Both the position numbers and the translations under genes were made by a program. From Candidatus Heimdallarchaeota archaeon (GTDB taxonomy: Archaea; Asgardarchaeota; Heimdallarchaeia; Heimdallarchaeales; Kariarchaeaceae): a stretch of DNA of 64,000 bases. Below are positions 9,270 through 20,151 of this stretch, piece after piece. Under the pieces are notes generated by a model. It was given only the letters and a program-made list of their open reading frames with translations, ran no database searches and had not been told where the DNA came from. How positions within the stretch are numbered: position 1 is the first letter of the stretch; the number at the start of each line of letters is the position of its first letter. The stretch lies in NCBI GenBank assembly GCA_015523565.1, contig WAKA01000232.1:25274-89273 (forward strand), given 5' to 3'.

Positions 9270-10066
9270 AATTGAACCTCCATTGATAAATGTGCCATTT
9301 GTCTCAAAAGTATATGTGGGGAGAGGGATGTCAGTCTTGTAATGCTCCCGACATCAACCCACCAATCTTCTGAGACATATCCTGCGAGTTTGCCTTCTTT
9401 GGCCAATGCAGAGAGCACATCCGCCGATAGGTCAATTTCTACAATATCTTGTTCTTTTTTTTCTTCAACAAGCTTTTCAATGATATCAAAAATATCATTT
9501 CGCAAAATGGATATGCCTGTATTGATGTATATCCTGTCGTCTTTTGCAACACTTTTGTCATTCAATGTGGTGACAAACCTTTTCACCGTCATATCATCAT
9601 TGAAATCGACCATTTTCTCCATTTCATTCCAGTTTTGATCCAGCCAGAGATTTCCCAATGCCCAAGGTTTTTTGTAAAAATCATCAATGAAGCCCTTTAC
9701 ATCCAATGATGTTAGGATATCTGTATAATAAACCAGCATATCCCTGTCTCCAATAAGGTCTTTTGCATTCCATAAGACTGCACCAGTTCCCTTTTTCCTT
9801 GGATCATCAAAACAATATTGGATTTTTATTCCAAACTTTTCACCATCTCCAAAATATCTGCGTATCATCTCTCCTCTGTAACCGATTAGTGCAATAAACT
9901 CTGTAATTCCGTGATATTTCAGATGCCTGATTACAAACTCCAAAAGAGGAGTACCATAGGCACCAATTGGCATCATGACTTTTTGGTAAAATTCATTGAT
10001 TGGAAATAACCTAGATCCTTTTCCACCACTAAATAGAATTCCAACAATATTGTTCTTCTTTTGCAC
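9266..10066 (-). CDS. sugar-phosphate nucleotidyltransferase
   Basis: 266 aa. N-terminal GILFSGGKGSRLFP matches the G-x-G-x-R-L-x-P signature, with a following PK...L segment and a Rossmann-like layout. Confidence 0.65.
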   Translation of the reverse strand: MQKKNNIVGILFSGGKGSRLFPINEFYQKVMMPIGAYGTPLLEFVIRHLKYHGITEFIALIGYRGEMIRRYFGDGEKFGIKIQYCFDDPRKKGTGAVLWNAKDLIGDRDMLVYYTDILTSLDVKGFIDDFYKKPWALGNLWLDQNWNEMEKMVDFNDDMTVKRFVTTLNDKSVAKDDRIYINTGISILRNDIFDIIEKLVEEKKEQDIVEIDLSADVLSALAKEGKLAGYVSEDWWVDVGSITRLTSLSPHILLRQMAHLSMEVQF

Positions 10067-10122
10067 TATTTTCGAATTTGACTATTCCTTTATTTTAATT
10101 ATGTAACGTTAGTATAGAAAAT

Positions 10123-11673
10123 TCACTTTTTCCTCCTACGTTTTCTCTTTCTTCGTTTTGGCGCTGTTTCTACTTTTTTCTCGGTTTTTTGCTCTTGAGG
10201 TGCTTGTTCCTTCATCATCTTTTCATATTCTTCCCTTGAACTAATGGCTTTTCCTTTTTTGATAATGTCTTGAATTTCATGTTCTTGGATAATCAGTTCC
10301 TCTGATGCTCTTGAGAAATTGAGTATTTTAATTAAGAACATTGAAATCCCCAATATCAAAAACACTAGTGGTATCATGACTAGAAGAAGCCCTTCTGGCT
10401 GGTCAAACTCAATCGAATTAACTAAGGTTGGTGGGAAATTGATGCTCTCATAAAATATCGTTGGATTGATAATCAGCCATGTAAGGAATATTATCCCTGT
10501 AAGTCTGATTGTTGAAGAAAGTATTACATAAAACAATGTGAAGATTGGGTTGAACGTTTTACCAGACGTTCCTCCAAGTTTGTAAGGCAATTTCCGGTCA
10601 TGGGCCAATAATGCCTCGTAATATCTTTGAAGCCGAACGGTCAAACGTTGTTGCTCTCCTTCAGGTCTAGCGAGCATTGAATCATGAGCACTTTCCAAAA
10701 GAAACATCAAGGCTTCCGCACCAAATTTTTTCGCAGTGGTTGAACCTGCACTTCCTGCTGAAAGTTCCGAACTGAGTTTTTCTTCCTCTTCAGGCTCTTT
10801 TTCCTCCACTTTGACTTTCGGTTTTTCTGTTTCTTCTGTTGTGATCCCTAATTTGAATTTTTCAAGACGCTCAATCTGCTTTTGTACTCTCGTCTGTCTT
10901 GCTAGATTTGGTGATGCAATAGAGGAAAGGTAACTGGTTTGCAACGAATACTCCAAAAAAAGATATGTCATGAAACCAATCTGAAACATTGAGGAGTTAA
11001 TCAATGCACTTACTGTTCCTGTCTGAAGTGTCAATCCGACGATTCTTTCCTTCATATAACCATAACCAATTATGAATTGGCTCAACAAAAATGAACTAAT
11101 GGCCTGTGTGGTATTACCCTTGAACAGGAAATTGATCCCTGCAATTACCATCAGGATAAGTGCAAAATATAACGTTCCATTGACAAATGCTGTATTGTAA
11201 ATTTCTCTTTGGGGTTTATTCAAAAGATAGGCAAGTGGCGCTAAAGGATCTGTTCCAGTTCCCAAGAACTCATTTTTATCTAGTCCTGTCTTTTCAATGT
11301 TAATTGAACTGAACATAATGATTTCCACAAATGCCCTAGTAACGTAAACTAGTTCTGCACTCAATTCATTTGCAGGAATGGTTATCAATGGTATGGATGA
11401 AATACCTATCGCCAAAAGACTTCCTATAATTGTAAAGGCTGCTAAAACAACAGAGAACAATATGAGAAACAGGATCAGGAAGAAAACCTGCAAGTTATCC
11501 GTATCAAATACCCCAGGGATGGCATTGTCCAAAATGGTTTTTACCATGAAATAAAGAATCACTGCCCCTAAAATTCTAACCAAGAATATGGACGCCTGAA
11601 TTTGTCTACGTGTTGACCTGAAAATCTCTGCAGCTCTTCCAACCCGTTCCTGGACACTCATTTCTCTCACCAA
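10123..11673 (-). CDS. polytopic membrane protein with central charged coiled-coil; third member of the MoxR-DUF58 operon
   Basis: 516 aa with many TM segments, a central E/K-rich region and a Lys/Arg-rich C-tail. Its start overlaps the MoxR stop. Confidence 0.5.
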   Translation of the reverse strand: MVREMSVQERVGRAAEIFRSTRRQIQASIFLVRILGAVILYFMVKTILDNAIPGVFDTDNLQVFFLILFLILFSVVLAAFTIIGSLLAIGISSIPLITIPANELSAELVYVTRAFVEIIMFSSINIEKTGLDKNEFLGTGTDPLAPLAYLLNKPQREIYNTAFVNGTLYFALILMVIAGINFLFKGNTTQAISSFLLSQFIIGYGYMKERIVGLTLQTGTVSALINSSMFQIGFMTYLFLEYSLQTSYLSSIASPNLARQTRVQKQIERLEKFKLGITTEETEKPKVKVEEKEPEEEEKLSSELSAGSAGSTTAKKFGAEALMFLLESAHDSMLARPEGEQQRLTVRLQRYYEALLAHDRKLPYKLGGTSGKTFNPIFTLFYVILSSTIRLTGIIFLTWLIINPTIFYESINFPPTLVNSIEFDQPEGLLLVMIPLVFLILGISMFLIKILNFSRASEELIIQEHEIQDIIKKGKAISSREEYEKMMKEQAPQEQKTEKKVETAPKRRKRKRRRKK

Positions 11674-11674
11674 C

Positions 11675-12664
11675 TTATACAGGAACTGTAGTTGAATTCA
11701 TTATGTCTTCAATTACTACTTTGCCTGTTACCCCTTCCAATTCAAATTCTGATTTAATCTGCAATCTATGGTGGATTGTATGAACCATTACTCTCTTGCA
11801 ATCGTCTGGGATAACATAGCTTCTCCCTTTCAATGCGGCATGTGCTTTTGAATGACCCAGCATTGCAATTGAAGCACGGGGAGAACATCCCAGCACTAGT
11901 CTTGGATCAGTACGTGTTTTGACTATTATATCTCTCATATATGCCATGACATCATTGGAAATATAGATGCGCTCTCTCACAACCTCAATCATTTTGTTGA
12001 CTGTCTGTGCTGTTGTTACTCTCCTGACTTTGAGTTTTGTTCCTTCATGTTTTAACTTAATGATGTCCAACTCTTCATCTGGTTCTGGAAGGGATAAAAT
12101 CAACTTCATTCCAAATCTATCAACCTGTGCTTCTGGGAGGGGGTATGTTCCTTCTTGTTCTACTGGGTTCTGTGTGGCAATGACAATGAATGGTCTGTCC
12201 AACTTATATGTCGTGCCTTCTATTGAAACCTGCTTTTCTGCCATTGCCTCCAATAATGCCGCCTGTGTTTTTGGCGGACTTCGATTTATTTCGTCTGCCA
12301 ATAACAAGTTGGTGAATATTGGTCCTCTCCTTAATTTGAATGTTCCTGTTTTAGGGTCATAAATATTTGTCCCAAGAACGTCTGATGGCAAAAGATCTGG
12401 TGTGAACTGCGCACGATTGAATTCCAACCCGATTGCTGAGGCAAAAGAATTTGTGATATGGGTTTTGGCTATTCCTGGAACACCTTCCAAAAGAATATGC
12501 CCCTCTCCAAGCAGAACAATCATAATGTCTTCCAAGACATCTGTTTTTCCTATGACCACTTTCTTGATTTCTGAGAAACATTCTTCCCAAATGTTCTTGA
12601 TATCAGCAGGAGTCATTTGAGCTTCTTTTTTCTTTTTCGCTGGTTTGTTCTCACTTTCCGACAT
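11675..12664 (-). CDS. MoxR-family AAA+ ATPase
   Basis: 329 aa. Walker A GVPGIAKT, Walker B LLADEINR, and QNP...GTYPLPEAQVDRF as in MoxR/RavA. Confidence 0.85.
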   Translation of the reverse strand: MSESENKPAKKKKEAQMTPADIKNIWEECFSEIKKVVIGKTDVLEDIMIVLLGEGHILLEGVPGIAKTHITNSFASAIGLEFNRAQFTPDLLPSDVLGTNIYDPKTGTFKLRRGPIFTNLLLADEINRSPPKTQAALLEAMAEKQVSIEGTTYKLDRPFIVIATQNPVEQEGTYPLPEAQVDRFGMKLILSLPEPDEELDIIKLKHEGTKLKVRRVTTAQTVNKMIEVVRERIYISNDVMAYMRDIIVKTRTDPRLVLGCSPRASIAMLGHSKAHAALKGRSYVIPDDCKRVMVHTIHHRLQIKSEFELEGVTGKVVIEDIMNSTTVPV

Positions 12665-12765
12665 GATTGCATCACTAATCGTCTTTACTGCTTATCGATA
12701 GTAGAACGTTTACTAAAAAAAAGCTTACCCATCCAATGGTTGATTGATGTTATTTTTTTGTTCTC

Positions 12766-14304
12766 TCATGAACCAATTGCTTTCAATTTTGAAAATTCTG
12801 CCATTACATTTGCAAGCATGTCATCTGGACCCACACTCAATGAAATTACGTCCAAGCCCCTTAAAAGCTTGAACAATTCTGTCCTTTGTGAAATCAATCC
12901 CTCTTGAATTGCCTCACCAATCACTCTGTCTGTTGGTGAGAGTTCTGCAACTCTCGTTTCAAACCAAGGTCCAAATGGGGAGATGATCATGACTCGATGC
13001 TTGTGGGCTCTTAACTTTCGCATTGCCTCAATCACTTCATCTTTGTCCATTTCCAAATCTGAGAAAAGAACAAAATAACTCGCTTTTGTCATTCTGGGAA
13101 TAATGTTTTCCACAACCCCTACGATATCTGGTCTGCCTTGTGGTGTAATATTCGCCAATTCCTCAAGAAATTGATACATGAAATTTTGGTTTCCTGATGG
13201 TTCCAGAAAAGTACGCATTTCTTTGTCAAACACAACCAATCCAACAGAATCCTTCTTTTCTAGGGCTAAATATGCCATCAACACAGCTCCACGAATTGAA
13301 TATTCCAATTTTGTATTTCTTGGCAATCCTGCTCCCATTGAGGCAGAGGCATCTATCATTATTATTACCCTAATGTTTTGTTCAGATTCAAATTCCCTGA
13401 CCATCATCTTTTCCCCACCAGATTTGGCGACTGATGGCCAATGCACAAATTTCAGAGGGTCTCCAGGTTGATAAACCCTTATTCCAAAGAAGTCTGTGCC
13501 AGATCCCTTGATTTTAGTCTTATGGGCTCCAAACAACACTCCCAGTTGTCTCTTGGATCCAAGCATCTGCAACTTCTTTATGTCCTCATATGAAGGATAA
13601 ACCAATACTTCCGTCATTTCTGCCAAAATTGCTTCTGTTGAAAAAAATCCTTGGCGGTCATGTATGATAACTTTGGTGGGACCAATAAGGAACCTTCCCC
13701 GAACTGGAATTCTCAAAACATAAGCAAAAACCGTTGACTGTTTGCTTGCCAACTGTGTAGCTACAAAATTTTCCCCTAGCGCCAAATCAAAAACCTCAGG
13801 GTATGCATCATATACTTCCAATACAGGGATTTGATTCAATGATTTGTTTTTGATCTTGACTTCAACCAACAAATAGTCTCCTGCAAACACTTTCTCCCTT
13901 TCTATCCTTCTGACAAGTTTTACAGATTTATAGTCTGCTCCTGCTGCAAAAAACGGGAAGCTGACAACAACAGAAAAGATCAGCATTGATCCAATCATCA
14001 AAAAATAAAACACTAATGACGTGTTGATAAGCACTAATCTATCCAATATGAACCTGAAAAAAGCTTCCAAGAATGTTATTAACATAATTTGCCCGAATGC
14101 TGCATAGCCATTTCCTGATATGTCTTCATTTGGTGGATAAAGTTGCCTAATGCTGTCATCTGTAAGGTAATCACTAAGACCTTCTGCCAAAAAAGTGTTT
14201 GTGAATATCCCTATTGATTTATATCCTGCCATGGCTATGCCAATAGCAATAAACATCAACCCATTGAAGACTATGAGTCCGCCTCTTTTCGTGAAAACCG
14301 TCAT
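12766..14304 (-). CDS. DUF58-family protein (vWA-like, MoxR partner) with N-terminal TM helices
   Basis: 512 aa. GSGTDFFGIRVYQPGDPLKFVHWPSVAKSG and IIMIDASASMG are characteristic of DUF58. Confidence 0.75.
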   Translation of the reverse strand: MTVFTKRGGLIVFNGLMFIAIGIAMAGYKSIGIFTNTFLAEGLSDYLTDDSIRQLYPPNEDISGNGYAAFGQIMLITFLEAFFRFILDRLVLINTSLVFYFLMIGSMLIFSVVVSFPFFAAGADYKSVKLVRRIEREKVFAGDYLLVEVKIKNKSLNQIPVLEVYDAYPEVFDLALGENFVATQLASKQSTVFAYVLRIPVRGRFLIGPTKVIIHDRQGFFSTEAILAEMTEVLVYPSYEDIKKLQMLGSKRQLGVLFGAHKTKIKGSGTDFFGIRVYQPGDPLKFVHWPSVAKSGGEKMMVREFESEQNIRVIIMIDASASMGAGLPRNTKLEYSIRGAVLMAYLALEKKDSVGLVVFDKEMRTFLEPSGNQNFMYQFLEELANITPQGRPDIVGVVENIIPRMTKASYFVLFSDLEMDKDEVIEAMRKLRAHKHRVMIISPFGPWFETRVAELSPTDRVIGEAIQEGLISQRTELFKLLRGLDVISLSVGPDDMLANVMAEFSKLKAIGS

Positions 14305-14394
14305 TACTGTTCATTCTTGAAATAAAATAGAACTTAAAACTAGCTGAATCTGGATGGCTTGTTGATTGAAATTGACCAATATAATTCAATTTTT

Positions 14395-15426
14395 ATGCTA
14401 AAGCTCTATCCTACGGTTAATAAACTAATTTTCAACATCTGTTTTGTGGTAAAGGAAATTTTAATTGGATATGGAAACATGGGACGGCTCCATGCACGTG
14501 TCATGAACAAACTAGGTGTACTGGCGGCTATTATTGAACCTGACAAGAAATCCGCAATTAACGCATCTGAGGATTATGATGTTCCTGTTTATTCTTCTAT
14601 AGAGGAAATGCCTGATAGTTTAAATCCTGATGGTGCAATAATTGCAGTTCCAACAAAATATCACAAATCCGTTGTTGAAAATTTACTCACAAGCATTTCT
14701 GGTTTAAAGGGAATTCTTTTGGAAAAACCTATTGCATCGACCCTCGACGAATCATATGAGGTTCAGAAGTTTATTGAAAAATATGGTATCCCCATTTTAG
14801 TTGGTCATATCGAAGTATTCAATCCTGTTGTGTCAAAATTCATTGAGTTAGTTAATTCAGGACAATTTGGAAAAATTCGAACGATCTCAATCAGCAGAAA
14901 AGGTGCTGTACCTGTTGAACGTTTAAATTCCCTTTCTGGAGTACTTGAGGACTTGGGTGTCCATGACTTTGATATACTTACAAGGTTGATATCTGGAAAT
15001 ATTTCCATATATTCAACAGGTATTTACAAAAACAATTCGTTGAATTCCGCTTTAATTTCTGTAAAAGGTTCTGATTTCCACGGAATTATTCATCTCTCTC
15101 GTGAATTTGCAGGCAAGGAAAGAAAAATCGTCTTGGAATGTGAAAAATCAACTTTCCACATTGACCTTATTGCACAGACAATAGAAATCAGAGCTTTAGG
15201 CAACATTACAAGTGACAAAGGAATGATTTCAATTCCACATGGTCCTGGTTCTTCAATCAAAGTTTATGGAGAACCCTTGTTGGAAGAGCACCTCAATTTT
15301 TTAGACACGCTTCAGTCCAAATCCAAACCATTGGTGGGAATTGCCAATGGCATCAAAGTAATGAAAATTGTCGAGGCATGCAAACAATCATTGGAAAAAA
15401 ATTGTCCTATTGAAATTTCTCTTTGA
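14395..15426 (+). CDS. Gfo/Idh/MocA-family NAD(P)-dependent oxidoreductase
   Basis: N-terminal Rossmann motif ILIGYGNMG, then AIIAVPTKYH and EKP. The ORF-track start at 14359 is TTG. ATG at 14395 or GTG at 14446 is more likely. Confidence 0.7.
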   Translation: MLKLYPTVNKLIFNICFVVKEILIGYGNMGRLHARVMNKLGVLAAIIEPDKKSAINASEDYDVPVYSSIEEMPDSLNPDGAIIAVPTKYHKSVVENLLTSISGLKGILLEKPIASTLDESYEVQKFIEKYGIPILVGHIEVFNPVVSKFIELVNSGQFGKIRTISISRKGAVPVERLNSLSGVLEDLGVHDFDILTRLISGNISIYSTGIYKNNSLNSALISVKGSDFHGIIHLSREFAGKERKIVLECEKSTFHIDLIAQTIEIRALGNITSDKGMISIPHGPGSSIKVYGEPLLEEHLNFLDTLQSKSKPLVGIANGIKVMKIVEACKQSLEKNCPIEISL

Positions 15427-15850
15427 AAAATAGCTTGTCTGAATATTTATCCCCCCATTTTCTCAACTCTTCCAGCACTGGTTGCAAATCTTTTGCCATA
15501 GGGGTGGCATGATAAAGGATTTCGACTGGCTCTAGATCCTTGAGAATAACCTCCCTTTCCACTAAATTTGATTCTTGAAGCCGTTTCAAAACTCTTGAAA
15601 GTGAAGCGGGTGTAATTTCCCCCTCAATTCCCATGGAAATCAATTTTTTTAATTCTTGAAAGTGTTTGGGTCCTGTAATTAAGTTTGATATGATTATCAA
15701 GTCCCATTTTGAACTTAGCAATAACGATGCCATTGCCAAAGGGCAATAATCGGTTTTTTCCTCAATTTGTGCCATATAACGTTCTACCTTGTTAAATTCT
15801 ACACTTTCATGTTTTAATAGCTTTCTTTGTATCAATAAATAATTTACCAA
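15407..15850 (-). CDS. HxlR-family winged-helix transcriptional regulator
   Basis: 147 aa. CPLAMASLLLSSKWDLIIISNL...GPKHFQELKK...SRVLKRLQESNLVER matches the HxlR pattern. Confidence 0.65.
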   Translation of the reverse strand: MVNYLLIQRKLLKHESVEFNKVERYMAQIEEKTDYCPLAMASLLLSSKWDLIIISNLITGPKHFQELKKLISMGIEGEITPASLSRVLKRLQESNLVEREVILKDLEPVEILYHATPMAKDLQPVLEELRKWGDKYSDKLFFKEKFQ

Positions 15851-16755
15851 AACTCCTTTTGTTTTGCTCTTTTCATTCCAAATAAAATTCCAATGATTAA
15901 AATTAGTATTGTGTTGATCAATGTTGCAACCTCATTGAAGTTGTAGATCTCACGTTTAACCAGAAATCCTGGAAATGCATCGTCATATCCAATTAGCATC
16001 CGAACAATAAAATTAATTGATAGATACAACGGTTCAATTCGGTTGTCTATCAAATCAATCAAAATCTGTTCAATGAGGATTCCAAATCCAATGAACAAGT
16101 TTGCCAATAAGGGTCTTCTCAATAGCATTCCTGTTGTAACAAATACAATTCCTAAGGTGGAAACAAGAATGAAAAGTCCAACAACAAAAATAAGCCAATT
16201 ATAGGTTGAAATCAATAAATATGACATCAATGTGTCTCCCTTTCCTGCATAATCAAACTCTGCATCAAAAATAAAACTTGCCAATACAGCAGTCCAAAAA
16301 GATACTGTAAGTGCAGGCATGGTAACTGCAAGTGCCATCCTTAAGTATGCCAAATATTTTTGGATGAAAATATAGTCTCTAGGCAATGGTTTCGTCATGA
16401 TATAGGAAATTGTGTCTTCATTTATTTCATCCCGATACATGTTAGTGCCCAATATTAATGCGGCCATTGTATAAAAATATGGAAATGCCGCATTAAACTG
16501 CACTTTCATCATTCTCTTATAAAAATTCCCTCCTGTCAAATCTCTTCTTTCAATTTGCAAAAATCCCCATCTGTTATCATATATGCCATAAAAATAAATG
16601 ATGAGTTGAACCAAATATGGCAGCAACATTCCAAGCAAAAGAAACAATGTTGTTTTATTGACTGTTTTAGCCTTTACTGACAATGAATATACTGGTCTTG
16701 TCCTCCGAAAGTTTTCTTTGAATTCACTGAACGTGATCATGCAATATACCTCCAA
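15844..16755 (-). CDS. ABC-2 type transporter permease
   Basis: 303 aa, 6 TM membrane protein directly downstream of an ABC ATPase with overlapping ends. Confidence 0.6.
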   Translation of the reverse strand: MEVYCMITFSEFKENFRRTRPVYSLSVKAKTVNKTTLFLLLGMLLPYLVQLIIYFYGIYDNRWGFLQIERRDLTGGNFYKRMMKVQFNAAFPYFYTMAALILGTNMYRDEINEDTISYIMTKPLPRDYIFIQKYLAYLRMALAVTMPALTVSFWTAVLASFIFDAEFDYAGKGDTLMSYLLISTYNWLIFVVGLFILVSTLGIVFVTTGMLLRRPLLANLFIGFGILIEQILIDLIDNRIEPLYLSINFIVRMLIGYDDAFPGFLVKREIYNFNEVATLINTILILIIGILFGMKRAKQKEFW

Positions 16756-17681
16756 CTTGCTGAATCCCTTTTCTTCAACAATTGGTAAATCGATGAAAGG
16801 TCACCATCCACAGAGTAGAATTCTGTGATCTCAATGGATTTTTCCTGTTGAAGATCAAGGAGCATTTTTTCAAAATTTCTTCTCTTTCGGACAGCTACCT
16901 CTATTTTATTTTCATCAACTCGTTTTAATTCATCCACTTCTGAAACAATAAATGAAACCAATTGGGAAATATTCGGTGAGGAAATCACTAAATGTTGGGG
17001 AATGTCACTTAAAGCTAAACGTATGCCATGTATTGTCCCCTCCGCTACCAACTTCCCATTTTCCAAAACCAAAACCCAAGAACTTAGGCGTTCCAGTTCA
17101 TGTAAAACATGGGATGACAATATTATAGATTTTCCTTCTTCCTTTTGCAACCTTCTGAAGGTCTCCGCAATTGTGTATCTTCCCAGAGGGTCTGTGCCAG
17201 ACATCGGTTCATCCACAAAAATTATGTCTGGATTGTTCAAGAGTGCCTGACCTATTTTTATTCTCTGTCGCATCCCCCTTGAATACCCTGCAATTCTTCT
17301 GTCTTTTGCTTCCCTAAGGTTCATTAGTTCAAGGATCTCCATTTTTCTGGTTTCCAGTTCCTTTGGTTCCATTTGATAGAACTTCCCATTCCAATCCAAG
17401 AATTCCTCTCCAGTCATCCAATTGTATAATTTATCTTTCTCTGTTGCATAACCTATTCTTGAAAGATACCCTAGATTTCCCCAAATTGGTTCATCATTTA
17501 CAGTTACAGTTCCTAAGTCTGGTTTTAGGAGAGCCACGCACATTTTCAAAGTTGTTGTTTTCCCTGCACCATTTGAACCAACCAGTCCTGTGATTCCCTT
17601 TGGTATGCTAAATGTTACATCATTCAACCCTACAACCTCCCCATAGAATTTACTTACACTGTCAAATGAAATTCCAGTCAT
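16737..17681 (-). CDS. ABC transporter ATP-binding protein
   Basis: Walker A GSNGAGKTT, signature-like YSRGMRQR, Walker B IIFVDEPMSG, H-loop SSHVL. Confidence 0.85.
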   Translation of the reverse strand: MTGISFDSVSKFYGEVVGLNDVTFSIPKGITGLVGSNGAGKTTTLKMCVALLKPDLGTVTVNDEPIWGNLGYLSRIGYATEKDKLYNWMTGEEFLDWNGKFYQMEPKELETRKMEILELMNLREAKDRRIAGYSRGMRQRIKIGQALLNNPDIIFVDEPMSGTDPLGRYTIAETFRRLQKEEGKSIILSSHVLHELERLSSWVLVLENGKLVAEGTIHGIRLALSDIPQHLVISSPNISQLVSFIVSEVDELKRVDENKIEVAVRKRRNFEKMLLDLQQEKSIEITEFYSVDGDLSSIYQLLKKRDSASWRYIA

Positions 17682-17682
17682 C

Positions 17683-18585
17683 TCAATCCCTCCTTAAAAA
17701 TTGAAGACGCTTATACGTCAAAAACAATGACAGCAATGCATATAGGATGACCATTCCAACTGCATAGGGTACTAAATCTGGGCTCTCTTTTTCCAATGTC
17801 GGAAACTGACCTGTTGAAATCACCTCTCTTGTGAAAAAATTGGTAAACACTATGTACATCGATGTTAATGGGCTTAGCAATCGGAAAGGTTCAAATCCTG
17901 TTGTGTCATATAGGATTCCGTCGAAAATCACTGAAGAGGCAATTAAATAAACAATAAACAGTACTCCTGCATTGATCGACTTCTTTGTATATGCCGAAAA
18001 AAGCAAAATGACAGAGGAATAAAGAAAAACAATGAAAATTGTGAATAAAACTAATTTGGATAGGATGACAAAGTACTGACCAATCAAGTTCCAATTGAAA
18101 GGGAATATTGGAAGGCCCCGTTTGTAAATTGCTACAATGAAGTATGCGAATGCAACCAATGGAAGACCAAGGAATGTCAGGACTATACTTGCAATGACTT
18201 TTGAAATAAAATATGTCTTCAATTTCATCTTGGTCAAATATAGGTTAAAGGTATTATCCCCAAGGTCTGTGGCAATCAATCCAGAATTGATGATTGCAAC
18301 ATGCAACCAAATCAAGGAACCTGGTCCCTCTCTCGGAGTCAAGAAAAAGGAAGAAAAAAACTCCAGATTGGTCACAAAATCATCTTCTGGAAGAATCAGC
18401 AGGGCTGGGAGTGATGTTAGGGCAATGAAAAGAAAGAATGCGGCAAATATCAATGGAATTTTGCTCCATTTACCGCTAATTGACTTGCCAATCTCAAATC
18501 GAGTCATTATCTTTGCATTATCCATAAAAGCCCTTTCCACTTTTTCTTCTCTTAAAGGTCTGTATCTGCTTTCATAAACGCTCAT
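17683..18585 (-). CDS. ABC-2 type transporter permease
   Basis: 300 aa multi-TM protein between two ABC ATPase genes. Confidence 0.55.
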   Translation of the reverse strand: MSVYESRYRPLREEKVERAFMDNAKIMTRFEIGKSISGKWSKIPLIFAAFFLFIALTSLPALLILPEDDFVTNLEFFSSFFLTPREGPGSLIWLHVAIINSGLIATDLGDNTFNLYLTKMKLKTYFISKVIASIVLTFLGLPLVAFAYFIVAIYKRGLPIFPFNWNLIGQYFVILSKLVLFTIFIVFLYSSVILLFSAYTKKSINAGVLFIVYLIASSVIFDGILYDTTGFEPFRLLSPLTSMYIVFTNFFTREVISTGQFPTLEKESPDLVPYAVGMVILYALLSLFLTYKRLQFLRRD

Positions 18586-19517
18586 GCTTTGACCTCCTCT
18601 TTTATCCGATCCACAAAAAGATTTTCCAAACTGACTTCCTCATCCCTGAATTCAATAAGTGTCGCCCCATTTTGTTCAGCAATTTCATGGGCAAAACTAA
18701 ACGACAGTTTCTCATGCGTCCTTACAAAAAAGGCGTTTTCCTGCCTCCAGTCTTTAATGACCTTCATTCCATGTTCAATAAAATCTCTCGTGACCTTTTC
18801 TACATTTGTTGAAACAACAATTCGTTTGCCTTTTTTCGCATCTTTAATGATCTGAGATGACGAGCCTTCATAAAGTACTTTCCCTAAATGAAGAATGATA
18901 ACATTATGGCAGATCTTTTCAACGTCAGGCAGGATATGTGTTGAGAACAATATTGATTTACCATATTCCTTGCTTATCTCTGAAATTAGTTGAAGCATTT
19001 CACTTCGTCCCTCTGGAGACAACCCCGTTGTTGGTTCATCCAAAATCAAAAACTCAGGATCATGTACAAGTGCCTGTGCAAAAAGAATTCTTTGTTTCAT
19101 CCCTGTAGAATAGCCTTTGATTTCCCTATACCTCTCCTCAAAAATGCCAACATAATCAAGAACTTCATGAGCCCTTTGCAAGGCCAAATTATATGAAAGA
19201 CCACTAATCATCCCTATGTGCCTGATGAACTTGACTGCATTCACACCAGAAATCAATGAAGGGGTTTCTGGCATATAGCCTACTCTCATTAGCTTTTTTC
19301 CAATTGATTCATTGATTCCTGGAAAAAGCTCGATTTTTCCACTTGTAGGTGTAAGTAACCCTAATATCAATTTGATTAAGGTAGATTTGCCACTCCCATT
19401 CGGTCCCAATAAGGCAGTGGCCCCGTTTTTTATATCCAAATCAATATCGTCCAAAGCTGTAATTTCCATTTTTTGCTCATAAAATCTCTTTGTTAGCCTT
19501 TTGGCTTTTACAATCAC
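18582..19517 (-). CDS. ABC transporter ATP-binding protein
   Basis: Walker A GPNGSGKST, YSTGMKQR, Walker B LILDEPTTGL, H-loop STHIL. Confidence 0.85.
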   Translation of the reverse strand: MIVKAKRLTKRFYEQKMEITALDDIDLDIKNGATALLGPNGSGKSTLIKLILGLLTPTSGKIELFPGINESIGKKLMRVGYMPETPSLISGVNAVKFIRHIGMISGLSYNLALQRAHEVLDYVGIFEERYREIKGYSTGMKQRILFAQALVHDPEFLILDEPTTGLSPEGRSEMLQLISEISKEYGKSILFSTHILPDVEKICHNVIILHLGKVLYEGSSSQIIKDAKKGKRIVVSTNVEKVTRDFIEHGMKVIKDWRQENAFFVRTHEKLSFSFAHEIAEQNGATLIEFRDEEVSLENLFVDRIKEEVKA

Positions 19518-19704
19518 AAATGACAGACGGATATCCGATATATAAATTGGCGCTAATTGGTAAATCCGTTTTATTTATTATGTCAATTGTTTTCTGTTTG
19601 TTTTTTCTACTATTTCTAAATCATATAGACGAATATATGCCTCATCAATACTGTTTAAATATTCAATATCAAAACAATACTTGCCTGTTATGGAGGTATT
19701 TGTT

Positions 19705-20103
19705 ATGGTTTACGAAGAAATATTTCTAGTTGGAAGAATTATTTCAGGTCTAATGCTCTTTATGTTTGGCCTGAACCACTTTATGAAATTCGAGATGATG
19801 ACTCAATATGCCGCATCCAAAAATGTCCCTGCTCCAAAAGTCGCTGTAGCTTTTACTGGGTTGCTTCTTTGGATTGGTGCTTTCAGTATCCTGTTTGGAG
19901 CTTTTCCAATAATTGGACTTGGTGCTCTTGTCCTGTTTTTTTTGGGTGTAACTCCACTAATGCACAATTTTTGGGCATTGGATGATGAGCAGATGAAAAT
20001 GAACGAAATGGTTCAATTCATGAAAAATATGGTTATTTTAGGACTTGTTCTTTCTCTTTTCATTTTTGCTAATTCTGAATGGCCCTATGCTTTAAATCCA
20101 TAA
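19705..20103 (+). CDS. DoxX-family membrane protein
   Basis: Hydrophobic ~130-aa protein with a DoxX-like pattern (R...G..f...G..K). GGAGGT lies 8 nt upstream of the ATG at 19705, so the ORF-track start at 19681 is probably too early. Confidence 0.5.
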   Translation: MVYEEIFLVGRIISGLMLFMFGLNHFMKFEMMTQYAASKNVPAPKVAVAFTGLLLWIGAFSILFGAFPIIGLGALVLFFLGVTPLMHNFWALDDEQMKMNEMVQFMKNMVILGLVLSLFIFANSEWPYALNP

Positions 20104-20151
20104 TGGATTTCCCTAGAAAGATTAATTACTTCAATAATAATTGGAAATCAG

